Of a stretch of DNA of 26,252 nucleotides, positions 15,119 through 24,019 are shown piece by piece. Location: the IMG/VR virus record IMGVR_UViG_3300044624_000767, positions 1 through 26,252 of that record; one strand, written 5' to 3'. The translations under genes and the position numbers were made by a program. Under the pieces are notes generated by a model. That model saw nothing but the letters and a program-made list of their open reading frames with translations, was not told the origin of the DNA and searched no databases. The DNA is from a virus. Taxonomy: Duplodnaviria > Caudoviricetes. Each line of letters begins with the position of its first letter. The first letter of the stretch is position 1.

Positions 15119-17665
15119 ATGGCGACGATCGGAAATCTGTTCGTCAAGATCGGCGCAGATACGAAGCCGATGGAGAAGTCGCTTGCCGAAGCGAAGGGAC
15201 GCCTCGGGCAATGGGCGGCCTCGATCGGCGGCATCGCGATGGGTGCGGGAGGAATGCTCGCCTCCGTGCTTCCCGGAGACCTCGGCGCAGGAGCCGCTCG
15301 CATCATGAGCGGCCTTCAGGGAATCGCGAACGTCGCGCAAGGAGGCTCGAAGTTTGTCGCCATGTTCGGCGACTCCATCGCGCTCCTCGCGAATCCGTTC
15401 ACTGCCGCGGCACTCGCGGCGACCGCGGCCGGCGTCGCGATCGCTGCCGTCGGGGCGGCGATCGTGATGGCGACGCTGAAGGCGGCCAAACTCGGCGACC
15501 AACTCAAGGAAACCGCCGACGAACTCGGAACGACTGCGGAAGGGTTCCAACGCCTGGAATACATCGGCACCGCGGCGGGAGCGGGACCCGAGAAGATCCG
15601 CGCGTCGATCACGAAGATGCAGTTCGCGCTCGCGAGTGCGGCGCAGGGAAGCCAAGAGTCGGCCAAGGCATTCGAGCGCCTCGGGCTCGACATCGGCAAA
15701 CTCAACACGCAAGACGCGACCGCTGCATTCGAGCAAATCATCGGAAAGATCCGCGAGCTTCCGACGCATACCGAGAAGGTCAAGGCGTTGCGAGATATCT
15801 TCGGCAAGGGGGGCGCCGGACTCGCTGGTATGGTCAAACTCACCGCGGAGGAGATGGAGCAACTCAACAAGGAAGCGGCGGCCTTCTCCATCAGGGAAGG
15901 AAGCGTGCAGGCGCTCGCATCGCTGCAAGACTCCGTCGATACGCTCGGACTCGCGTTCCAGCGACTGCTTGCCGAAGCCGTTGCGCCGTTTGCGCCGTTG
16001 CTGCAGAAAGTCACTGATGGTCTGAAGGAACTGCTCTCGCAGAACGCGGACGACTTGTATCAGGCGATGAGTGGTCTCGCGCGATTGACGGCCGCATTCA
16101 TCGACGGACTACGCCCGGCCTACGAGCTGCTGATGGGCATCCTGAACGTGCTGCAGACGATCAACGGATTCGTCGCGGGCGTCATGCTCGACGTGATCGG
16201 AAAGGTGCTTCGCACGATCCTTGGGATCGTCGAAACGATCAACCTAATCCCGGGAATCGAGATCCCGACGGCCGGATTGGAAAGCCTGACGGGACTCGCC
16301 GACAAGTTGAAGACCGACGCGTTCAATCGCTCGGCGCAAGACTTCAACGATGCCGGAGATCGCTTCGCCGCGTTCGCGACCTCGTGGCTCGCGAACGCAA
16401 AGGGTGAAGCCGGAGAACTCGCCAAGGCGCTCGAAGCGTTCGAGGCGGCTCGCAAGAAGGCTGCTGAAGCACCTGCGGCCGCGGCGGCTCCGGCGCCAGT
16501 CATCGATCCGAAGGCGATCGCGAAAGCCGAGGAAGTCGGGAAGATCATCAGCAAGCTGCGTGATGACATTGCCAACGTCGGCGCGTTGCCCGAGCAAATG
16601 CTCGAGCGGCAGCTCTCCACGCTCAACGCAACACAAGCGCAGATCGCGGAAGCGATCACGCTGCAGAAGCAGCTCAACGAGGCACAATCCAAAGCCGAGA
16701 ACGCGAAGCAGATCGCCAAGACGATGGAGGACCTCGCGTCCAAGTACGACCGCCTCGTGCTGAGCGAAGAAACGATGCTCGAGCTCGAGCTTCGACGCCT
16801 CGGCGCGACCGAGGCGCAAGTCAAGGCGGCAGAGGATTACGCGCGAGCGATCAAGGATGCGGAGAACGCGAACAAGATCACCGCGCAGCTCGAGGAGATG
16901 CGAAAGAAGGTGGACGAGTTCGGCAAGAGCGCGAGCGAACTTGCCGCCGCGCAGCTCGCATCGTTGGGCGCTACGCAGGCGCAGATCGATGAAGCGATCC
17001 GTCTGCAAGGCGAACTCGCCGCGATGGAGACCGCGGCGAACAACGCGGCCGAGGTCGAGCGCATCCTCGAAGACGTTGCGCGCGCCGCGGATGACGCCGG
17101 GAAATCAGAGATGGAACTGATGCGGCGCCGCCTCGAGGCGCTGAACGCGACCGAAGACCAGATCAGCAAGGCGCTCGGTGCTCTGCGCGATACGCAGGTC
17201 GGGAACATGCTTCGCGACCTCGAAGATCAAGCGAAGCGCGCGACCATGAGCGAGCGCGAACTTCTCGAAGAACGCCTCCGAGCGGCCGGGGCGACGGCAG
17301 AGGAAATCGCCAAGGGGCTCGCGCTCCAGGACAAGATCGACGCGTCGAAGGAAAAGTCGGCGGCGAAGGAAGACAAAGCCGCCGCGGCGGGACCGGACTC
17401 GGTGCAGACCGCGCTCGGGTCGATCAAGCTTCCCGGCATGATGAGTTCGGTGCGCATCGCCGAGCAGCAGCTCGACGTGCAGAGCACCTCGGCGCGCATG
17501 CTCGAGCAGATCGCCGGAGCAACCGCAACGACCTCGAGCCTGATGGCGGCGGCTGCAGAACAAGGCGGCAGTCGCAACACGGGAACAATGCTTGAAGACC
17601 AGACGCTCTCGGTGCTGAAGCAGATCGAAGCCAATACGCGAGCATTCGCGGGAGTCCTCACCTAA
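15119..17665 (+). CDS. Tail tape measure protein
   Basis: MATIGNLFVKIGADT start; 848 aa Ala-rich helical protein with internal repeats; follows the G/GT genes. Confidence 0.93.
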   Translation: MATIGNLFVKIGADTKPMEKSLAEAKGRLGQWAASIGGIAMGAGGMLASVLPGDLGAGAARIMSGLQGIANVAQGGSKFVAMFGDSIALLANPFTAAALAATAAGVAIAAVGAAIVMATLKAAKLGDQLKETADELGTTAEGFQRLEYIGTAAGAGPEKIRASITKMQFALASAAQGSQESAKAFERLGLDIGKLNTQDATAAFEQIIGKIRELPTHTEKVKALRDIFGKGGAGLAGMVKLTAEEMEQLNKEAAAFSIREGSVQALASLQDSVDTLGLAFQRLLAEAVAPFAPLLQKVTDGLKELLSQNADDLYQAMSGLARLTAAFIDGLRPAYELLMGILNVLQTINGFVAGVMLDVIGKVLRTILGIVETINLIPGIEIPTAGLESLTGLADKLKTDAFNRSAQDFNDAGDRFAAFATSWLANAKGEAGELAKALEAFEAARKKAAEAPAAAAAPAPVIDPKAIAKAEEVGKIISKLRDDIANVGALPEQMLERQLSTLNATQAQIAEAITLQKQLNEAQSKAENAKQIAKTMEDLASKYDRLVLSEETMLELELRRLGATEAQVKAAEDYARAIKDAENANKITAQLEEMRKKVDEFGKSASELAAAQLASLGATQAQIDEAIRLQGELAAMETAANNAAEVERILEDVARAADDAGKSEMELMRRRLEALNATEDQISKALGALRDTQVGNMLRDLEDQAKRATMSERELLEERLRAAGATAEEIAKGLALQDKIDASKEKSAAKEDKAAAAGPDSVQTALGSIKLPGMMSSVRIAEQQLDVQSTSARMLEQIAGATATTSSLMAAAAEQGGSRNTGTMLEDQTLSVLKQIEANTRAFAGVLT

Positions 17666-18438
17666 TGCCTGCCGTCGTCCTCGACATCAAGAAGATCGGC
17701 GCGTCTGCCGGATCAGACGACACCAGTACCTACGTCGAGGAGTTCCTCGCGACCGCAAGCGACGGCTCGGCACTGACGTATGCAGACGTTATGTCGGCCC
17801 TCCCGGCGTTCGGAACTACGGAGACCGTGCTCGGCGTGAATGCGTACCTTGCCTCGAAGCAAGTCGACAGCATCGAAGACACCGCCGGACGCGCATGGTC
17901 CGTGACGTTGTCATACAACTCCGAGACCGTGGACGACGAGTTCGTCGCGCTCGACATGAACAGCAGCGCGACGGCGGTCGACTTCTTCCGATCGGGGGCG
18001 AGCGCGCCTGCGAACCTCAACACGCCGGGCAACAGTGATATCGGAGGGACGCCCATCGATCAGGGCGGGCAGCCGGTCACGACGCTCGTGCCGACGCAGG
18101 AACTGTCGATCACGAACTATCGCGCCGACAACAACGCCTCCGCGATCCGCGCCGCGCTCGGCAAGCGAAACAGCACGACGTGGCTCGGGGCGGCCGCGGG
18201 CTACGTCCTGTTCACGGGCGCAACGGCGAAGCGTGTCGGCATATCGAAGTACGAAGTGCAGTACAAGTTCGTATATGACGACTACGCGCACTGCCGACAA
18301 GTCGCGATTCGAGACCTTGATGCGCGACCGCGTCTGAGCACTCCCGACGGAAGCGGGTTGTGTAACGCGTCGCTCGTCGTTTGGCGGCAGCCGTTCCCAT
18401 CGACGTACAACTTCGGAAGCATGGGGATCATGACCTGA
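17665..18438 (+). CDS. Putative tail-tip / distal tail protein
   Basis: TAATG coupling to the tape measure gene. Assigned by position and composition only. Confidence 0.55.
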   Translation: MPAVVLDIKKIGASAGSDDTSTYVEEFLATASDGSALTYADVMSALPAFGTTETVLGVNAYLASKQVDSIEDTAGRAWSVTLSYNSETVDDEFVALDMNSSATAVDFFRSGASAPANLNTPGNSDIGGTPIDQGGQPVTTLVPTQELSITNYRADNNASAIRAALGKRNSTTWLGAAAGYVLFTGATAKRVGISKYEVQYKFVYDDYAHCRQVAIRDLDARPRLSTPDGSGLCNASLVVWRQPFPSTYNFGSMGIMT

Positions 18439-19082
18439 TGGCGATGAAGCCGACCATCACGACCGGACTCGGGGCGCTTACGCCGTCTGCATGGAAAGAC
18501 CTCGTGCAGGCGGTCGACTACGTCAAGGCGCAGATCGCCGTAACGAACGGGCAACTCGGCAACATTCGAGACGCGCCGCGATGGATCACTGTTGAGATCG
18601 GCGAAGCGACGAAGATCGAAAGCGTCGCGCGATGGGAATACGCGTGGACGCAAGTTCGCCGCGTCGCAGCCGAAACGACCTATGGGGCGGACGCACTCTC
18701 GGCGCTGACGGATACGACGCCGGGAATGAGCAAGGCGCTCAACACGCTCGAAGCGGGCAACACGGAAGCACTCGCGTACGGGTACGCCGTGCTCGAGCCG
18801 GATGGTGTTGAGCTGCAGGAGCACGAAGGCTTCGAGATCCGCCCCGTCCCGGAAGGTGCAGTAGTGCACCTGTTGATGACGCGAGACACCGCGGGGATCC
18901 TGAAGCTTGAGTTCAGCGCGGCGAACCCTATCGACGGAACGTGCCCCGAGCCGCCGCAACCCGTGACGAACGCATACGACTATGGATCGTTCCTCGTGCC
19001 GGACCCGCTCGCGATCCCATACGACGCGGAAACCTTTGCCGCGCCGAACGAAACGATCCTCGACTTCGGAAACTTCACGTAA
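18438..19082 (+). CDS. Putative minor tail protein
   Basis: TGATG coupling (MAMKPTITTG); acidic. Assigned by position only. Confidence 0.55.
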   Translation: MAMKPTITTGLGALTPSAWKDLVQAVDYVKAQIAVTNGQLGNIRDAPRWITVEIGEATKIESVARWEYAWTQVRRVAAETTYGADALSALTDTTPGMSKALNTLEAGNTEALAYGYAVLEPDGVELQEHEGFEIRPVPEGAVVHLLMTRDTAGILKLEFSAANPIDGTCPEPPQPVTNAYDYGSFLVPDPLAIPYDAETFAAPNETILDFGNFT

Positions 19083-19097
19083 CAGCAAGGAGTCCCC

Positions 19098-19775
19098 ATG
19101 TCACTACAGATCCGACGCGGCCTCGAAGCGAATCGCACCTTCATCGCTGATGCAGGCGAGCCGCTATGGGTCACTGATACGGCGCGCCTGTTCATCGGCG
19201 ACGGAACGACGACCGGAGGAATCGCGGTGCAGGCGATCCCCGCGGGAACTGCCGGGGGAGACCTGCAAGGCACGTATCCGAACCCGACGGTCCACAAGAT
19301 CCACACGCACAACGTGCAGTCGGGGACGCCGTCGGAGAAGGACGTGCTGCAGTGGGAAACGGCGCACACGAGATGGAGCCGGAAGTACATCGACCTGTCG
19401 TACGTCGAGTCGTGGCTCACGGCCGGGACCGTCGCACTGAGCGCCAAGAAGTTCACGACGATCGTGACGCTTACGCTGACCGAAGGAACGTGGCTCGTCA
19501 CGGGCAACGTGATGACCGTCGGCGGCGGTGACGCCAATGCAGCCGAGTTCCAGTTGATCGACGCGGCGAACGTGCAACATGGAGGCGGTGCGATCAGCGC
19601 AGTGATCGATTACGGCGCGGCGAGTACGAGCTTCACGACGATCATCACGACGGCGGGCTCGCTCGCGATTACCTTGCAAGGCATCGGATGGGATGGGTAC
19701 GTCGAAGCAGTTCACATATCGCCATCCCAAGAAGTGCCGCGCGTCACGGGTATCACCGCCATCCGAATCGGATGA
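19098..19775 (+). CDS. Tail fiber/spike-like protein with Mtd N-terminal-like domain
   Basis: AAGGAG RBS. LQIRRG..GEPLWVTDT.RLFIGDG is the Mtd_N-type motif; GGDLQGTYPNPTV fiber motif; beta-rich C-terminus. Confidence 0.75.
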   Translation: MSLQIRRGLEANRTFIADAGEPLWVTDTARLFIGDGTTTGGIAVQAIPAGTAGGDLQGTYPNPTVHKIHTHNVQSGTPSEKDVLQWETAHTRWSRKYIDLSYVESWLTAGTVALSAKKFTTIVTLTLTEGTWLVTGNVMTVGGGDANAAEFQLIDAANVQHGGGAISAVIDYGAASTSFTTIITTAGSLAITLQGIGWDGYVEAVHISPSQEVPRVTGITAIRIG

Positions 19776-19806
19776 CATTCACGCACCCCATTGCTACGAT
19801 GAGGAA

Positions 19807-20010
19807 ATGACGAGAGAGGCAGACAACACCGTGAAGCTATCGCTTCGCGATTGGCTCGCGATCGGCGCGCTCGCGCTCACGATCATGGGTTCCGTGCTAG
19901 GGGCATTCCTGCATCACGATCGACTGTTGATGCAGCTCGTCACGCAGCAGCAAGCGGCGAACTCTCGCCTCGACAAGATCGAAAGCAAACTCGAAAGGAG
20001 ACTGCCATGA
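19807..20010 (+). CDS. Small membrane protein with C-terminal coiled coil (lysis-cassette type)
   Basis: One hydrophobic segment (WLAIGALALTIMGSVLGAFL) followed by RLDKIESKLE. Confidence 0.65.
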   Translation: MTREADNTVKLSLRDWLAIGALALTIMGSVLGAFLHHDRLLMQLVTQQQAANSRLDKIESKLERRLP

Positions 20011-20207
20011 GCATCGTGAACGCACTGAAGGACAAGTCGTGGAAGACGACGGGCGCGGGTGTCGCGGCGATCCTCGTCGCTGGCGGCGCAGCACTCACCG
20101 CGCTCACCGACGCGAACCCGCAGACGCAGCCCGATTGGGCGGCGCTCATCGCGGCGATCATCGCGGGCGTCGGCCTGATCTTCGCCAAGGACAACGCGAA
20201 GGCCTGA
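20007..20207 (+). CDS. Putative holin (two TM segments)
   Basis: AAGGAG RBS and ATGA overlap. SWKTT..two hydrophobic helices..GLIFAKD. Confidence 0.65.
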   Translation: MSIVNALKDKSWKTTGAGVAAILVAGGAALTALTDANPQTQPDWAALIAAIIAGVGLIFAKDNAKA

Positions 20208-20208
20208 C

Positions 20209-20400
20209 GTGTATGCCGCGATCCGAGCGATCCTTGATTCGTTGCTCGCATGGGTGCATCGCCTCGTCGAGCGAAAGGGTCAAGCGTCGGACGCGCCTCG
20301 CGATCCCGACATGCTTCGCCGTGCTGGCGCTCGCATTCGCGAATGGATGCACCCGAGCGGTACTCGTGAGCGAGAGCAGTCCGATCAGAACGGGACCTGA
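20209..20400 (+). CDS. Hypothetical protein, possible i-spanin-like
   Basis: GTG start right after the holin-like stop. Amphipathic/hydrophobic N-terminus; overlaps a lipoprotein ORF in the +1 frame. Confidence 0.45.
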   Translation: MYAAIRAILDSLLAWVHRLVERKGQASDAPRDPDMLRRAGARIREWMHPSGTREREQSDQNGT

Positions 20401-20521
20401 TATGCGCGGTCGCGTCTACGTGCGAAGCGCGGATGGGTGGCAACTCTCCGAGAACGCCGTAACCATTCCGGAAGGGTGGTACTGCGTTCCGCCGTCCTAC
20501 GTGGAAAGCGATACCAAGTGA
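20213..20521 (+). CDS. Putative lipoprotein, possible o-spanin-like (start uncertain)
   Basis: KRRTRLAIPTCFAVLALAFANG-C lipobox-like signal followed by a ~57-aa mature region. Stop overlaps the next GTG start. Confidence 0.5.
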   Translation: MPRSERSLIRCSHGCIASSSERVKRRTRLAIPTCFAVLALAFANGCTRAVLVSESSPIRTGPDMRGRVYVRSADGWQLSENAVTIPEGWYCVPPSYVESDTK

Positions 20522-22086
20522 CGCTCGCTCCCGCGTCGTGCTGCTGCGATCAGGAACCCGTAGGACCGTGCGCGCCGCTCGAAACGTATGGGCCGCTCAC
20601 GATCTGCCTGAAGAACAACGCGGGGACGGAATGGAAGTACAAGCTCGAATGGACGGGCGCATGCGACTGCGCCGTTGACAATATCAACGACTGCCCGATT
20701 CCGACCGCATCGGCGCCGACCTACGGAGGCGGATGCTCGATTGTGCAAGGGTACTACGCGTGCGACTGCCCGTTCTCGGGACTGACATGCACGGAACAGA
20801 GCATCACGGCGCAAAGACAGATGCAGGGGTGCTACGCGCTCCCGTTCACGACGAAGGGGCAATACTCGAGCGCCGGGTACTACATCACGCCGGAAGGAAA
20901 CCCGACGACGCTCATAGCGCCGACGGCGGGCATCACCGTGCAGTGGGCGGTACCGATCGAAGAGCGATTCAGTTTCGACAAACAGACCTACGGAACGTGC
21001 GAGCAGTGCGAAACGTGGACGCTGATTCAAGACACGACGGGACTGCAGATGCCGTATCGCGCGCGCTTCTCGGGGCCGCCGTACATCACGAATGGTCCGC
21101 CCGTATGGACGATCCGAAAGCAGACGACGGGAAGCGTCGCAAGCCGATGGGAAATCACCTCGACGGCGTTCAACATCCGCAACTCGAGCGGCGTCATCGT
21201 CTACACGATCGCGCTCGCAGGGCAGACGCTCGGGTCCTTGTTCACGGCGATTGATACGCAGACCGCGGCGCCGGTCGTGCTTGTGAAGCAGTACACGCCG
21301 ATCGGGGTCTACAACGCTGACCTGATGCCGGCAACCTCGCTCGAGCCGCGTGCGCAGTCGCCTGTATTCAGCGGGCTCACGACGCAGACCGTTCGCTTGT
21401 TCGACCTCGCATCGGGCGAGCAGCGACGAATGGCGCTTCCGACCGTCACGCCAGTACCAGATCCGATCCCGGGTGCGGCCGGAGCCGTCAATCCGTGGGG
21501 ATCGTTTCAGTGGCAGTTCGACCACGCGTTCGGGCAAACGACGGCGCCATATACGAACGCGGCGTACAGCGTATTCGCGGCAGACGTCGGCTACTCAGAG
21601 GCAACGGTCGCGGCATTCTGCGGTGGATTCGCGCACTCGTGGGACTGGGATTGGATTCAGAACTTCTACGACGTGCAATGCGCGAACTGGACGCCGGGGG
21701 AGAATCCGCCAGGAAGCCCCCAAATCGGATCCTTCACGCGCACGACTGATCCGACCTCGTGCAACGGATGCCCGTTCGGTGTTGAGAGCATTCCGTGCTC
21801 GTCATATGGCGGTTACACGTTCGAGGACCTTCTGCCGCTGAAGGCGTTCTACGTGCTCGGCACGGAAGGCACGGGGAAAGTGACCTCTGCGGATATGTGT
21901 CTGCAGCAATACGGAGGGACGCGCAGCTACTGGGGATGCGATCCATTCGAAGGTGAAGCAGACTGCTGCTGCCCAGAAGTCAACGGAGACAACTGCTCGT
22001 CGGCCTTCCGCCTATTCTCGGGATGCAGGGCCGTGACCTCGTCGTTTGGGCAGTTCGCGGAGTACGTGTTCTCGGTGTCGAGGTAA
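20518..22086 (+). CDS. Cysteine-rich putative virion/receptor-binding protein (~522 aa)
   Basis: GTGA overlap; N-terminal SCCC. About 27 Cys counted, clustered at both ends; rich in Thr, Gly and aromatic residues. Confidence 0.7.
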   Translation: MTLAPASCCCDQEPVGPCAPLETYGPLTICLKNNAGTEWKYKLEWTGACDCAVDNINDCPIPTASAPTYGGGCSIVQGYYACDCPFSGLTCTEQSITAQRQMQGCYALPFTTKGQYSSAGYYITPEGNPTTLIAPTAGITVQWAVPIEERFSFDKQTYGTCEQCETWTLIQDTTGLQMPYRARFSGPPYITNGPPVWTIRKQTTGSVASRWEITSTAFNIRNSSGVIVYTIALAGQTLGSLFTAIDTQTAAPVVLVKQYTPIGVYNADLMPATSLEPRAQSPVFSGLTTQTVRLFDLASGEQRRMALPTVTPVPDPIPGAAGAVNPWGSFQWQFDHAFGQTTAPYTNAAYSVFAADVGYSEATVAAFCGGFAHSWDWDWIQNFYDVQCANWTPGENPPGSPQIGSFTRTTDPTSCNGCPFGVESIPCSSYGGYTFEDLLPLKAFYVLGTEGTGKVTSADMCLQQYGGTRSYWGCDPFEGEADCCCPEVNGDNCSSAFRLFSGCRAVTSSFGQFAEYVFSVSR

Positions 22087-22090
22087 GGAC

Positions 22091-22468
22091 ATGAAGCAGA
22101 CGATCACGATCAACACGCGCGCACGACGATGGAAGCTCGAGCTCGACGAAGAGACGAGCGCCGTGACCGTGCTCGAATGCGCGGAACATCAGCGACCGAT
22201 CATCGAGCGCGCGGCATCATGGGCGAAGGCAGAAGCAAGCCAACTGATGCAGGGTCCGGTGTCGAGCGAGGAGTACGACGCGCGTATCGCCGTATGCGCG
22301 CTCTGTCCCGAACTTGATGCCGCTCCCGCGCCGAAGGTTGGATGGTGCAAGAAGTGCGGATGCGCGCGCAACTCGCGCGCCGAACTCACGATCAAGGGTC
22401 GCATGCCTGCGGCGAAGTGCCCGCTCGACAAGTGGCCGAAGGTTGCATCGACTCCATCGCCGACGTAG
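22091..22468 (+). CDS. Small Cys-motif metal-binding protein (DUF6171-like pattern)
   Basis: AAGGA RBS. RIAVCALC..CKKCGC..K..CPLDKW. Confidence 0.7.
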   Translation: MKQTITINTRARRWKLELDEETSAVTVLECAEHQRPIIERAASWAKAEASQLMQGPVSSEEYDARIAVCALCPELDAAPAPKVGWCKKCGCARNSRAELTIKGRMPAAKCPLDKWPKVASTPSPT

Positions 22469-22547
22469 GATCGCTCCGTCCGGCGCGGCGCCCTGACGAG
22501 GATCGACGGCATGTGCCGACGAGACTGCCCGACCGGACCTGACCCCC

Positions 22548-22588
22548 GGAAGCGCGCCCCGTAGACCTCGCGGTCCGGGGCGCGTTCC
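22548..22588 (+). terminator. GC-rich hairpin at the end of the late operon
   Basis: GGAA(G)CGCGCCCCG(TA)GACC-TCGC-GGTC-CGGGGCGCGTTCC followed by a pyrimidine-rich tract. Confidence 0.5.
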
Positions 22589-22613
22589 ATTCCCCTCACA
22601 ACCCGCCTACGTT

Positions 22614-22680
22614 GCCCTGTGCGACGTTCCCGCGCGCCCGACGCCCCGTCGCCCTGTGCGACGCCCCGTCGCCCTGTGCG
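22614..22680. repeat. Three GCCCTGTGCG copies, including a 20-bp tandem duplication
   Basis: GCCCTGTGCG at 22614, 22651 and 22671; ACGCCCCGTCGCCCTGTGCG twice at 22641-22680. Confidence 0.9.
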
Positions 22681-22738
22681 CGTTTTCCACGCCCGATAGC
22701 GACCCGGGAAAAAATCTGCGAAATATCTGATGAACCCC

Positions 22739-22767
22739 CTGTACAACTCTACCGACGACGGTATAGT
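22739..22767 (+). promoter_or_regulatory. Putative promoter 1 (CTGTACAAC-N14-TATAGT)
   Basis: -10-like TATAGT, upstream A-tract (22709-22730), and the same architecture as 26066-26094. Confidence 0.7.
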
Positions 22768-22814
22768 TCACCCATCAGCACCGCGCTGATTCGCAACCCC
22801 GAACGGAGACACCC

Positions 22815-23030
22815 ATGACCATCTACACCGCCGAGCTCGAGACCGAACGATTCACCTTCCGCGGAACGGGCCTCACCGCCGCGAGCGCCAAGGGCGCGCT
22901 CGTCAAGGGCCTCGCGAAGCATGCCAAGGATTACGGCCTCGCCTCGAACTGGTGGAAGCCGTACGAGTGCGACATGTTCATCCACCCCGCGTTCGTCGGC
23001 ACGTGCACTCGCGATAACGAAATCCTCTAA
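22815..23030 (+). CDS. Hypothetical protein (71 aa)
   Basis: GGAG RBS; first gene after promoter 1; typical codon bias. Confidence 0.75.
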   Translation: MTIYTAELETERFTFRGTGLTAASAKGALVKGLAKHAKDYGLASNWWKPYECDMFIHPAFVGTCTRDNEIL

Positions 23031-23060
23031 CCGATCACCCCGAACCCAACACCCAACACC

Positions 23061-23981
23061 ATGCCGACCATCGCCACCATGTCCACCGCGCTCCCGACCC
23101 TCCCCTCTGTCAAGACGCTCACCTTCGGCGTCGAAATCGAAACGGGAATCCCGTACTCGACGGGCCTCAACGTCGGCGGCTACCACAACGGACGCGTCGT
23201 TCCGAACATGCCCGAGCGCGGCATCGTGAGCGGCAAGTGGAAGGCGTCCTCCGATGGAAGCATCAACGTCGCCAACATGCAAGGCGTCGAGTTCGTGTCG
23301 CCTGTCCTCCGCGGCGCCGACGGCCTCGACAACGTCGCGATCGCCGTCGAGCGGATTCACGCGATGGGCGCCAAGGTGAACCGCACGTGCGGCGTGCACG
23401 TGCACGTGGCGTTCCCGACCAATGACCTCGCCGCCGTTCGTCGCCTCGTGCACCTCGTCGCGCATTGGGAGTCCGCGCTCTACGCAACGACGGGCACGAA
23501 GTCGCGCGAGCAAAACTCCTACTGCCGTTCGATCAAGACCCCGAGCATGCGCGCCGCGCGATACGGTTCGATGGGCGACGTGCGCACCGCCGTCATGTCG
23601 AACCGCTACCACACGCTCAACCTCATGCCGATCCTCACGGGCTCGCAGCCGACCGTCGAGTTTCGCGTGTTCAGCGGAAGCGTGAACGCCAAGAAGATCG
23701 TCGCGTGGACGATGCTCGCTCTCGCGATCGTCGAAGCCGCGCTCAACGGCCACCGCGCCAAGGCGTTCGACATGCCCGAAACGAGCGTCGAGCGCGAGTG
23801 CGGCGAAGGTCGCGGCGAGCGACTCGTGAAAGCGATGCTCAACGACCTGTTCGTGTGGAACGGGAAGAGCGCGACCCGCGGCCAATACGGGCACGAAACC
23901 TACACCCATGAGTTCATGCGGAAGCAGCTCGGCCGCATGGCAAAGAAGTACGACCTGATCGACGCCACCGAAATCGACTAA
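23061..23981 (+). CDS. Putative amidoligase (Amidoligase_2 / COOH-NH2 ligase, glutamine-synthetase fold)
   Basis: TFGVEIE, DGS, EFVSP, CGVHVHV, RYHTLN, TVEFR. Confidence 0.9.
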   Translation: MPTIATMSTALPTLPSVKTLTFGVEIETGIPYSTGLNVGGYHNGRVVPNMPERGIVSGKWKASSDGSINVANMQGVEFVSPVLRGADGLDNVAIAVERIHAMGAKVNRTCGVHVHVAFPTNDLAAVRRLVHLVAHWESALYATTGTKSREQNSYCRSIKTPSMRAARYGSMGDVRTAVMSNRYHTLNLMPILTGSQPTVEFRVFSGSVNAKKIVAWTMLALAIVEAALNGHRAKAFDMPETSVERECGEGRGERLVKAMLNDLFVWNGKSATRGQYGHETYTHEFMRKQLGRMAKKYDLIDATEID

Positions 23982-24019
23982 TCGACACCCATCACCTCAT
24001 CACGAAAGGATACGACACC

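Noticed and set aside
210-16521. Recurrent GCGATCGC (HIP1-like octamer)
   Set aside because: Mostly explained by Ala-Ile-Ala codons (GCG ATC GCN) and general CG richness; enrichment cannot be shown without counting.
19098-19775. Diversity-generating retroelement suggested by the Mtd_N-like domain
   Set aside because: No reverse transcriptase and no TR/VR repeat pair seen; this N-terminal domain is common in ordinary fibers.
22614-22680. CRISPR-like mini-array
   Set aside because: Repeats are only 10-20 bp, directly tandem, with no unique spacers of regular length and no cas genes.
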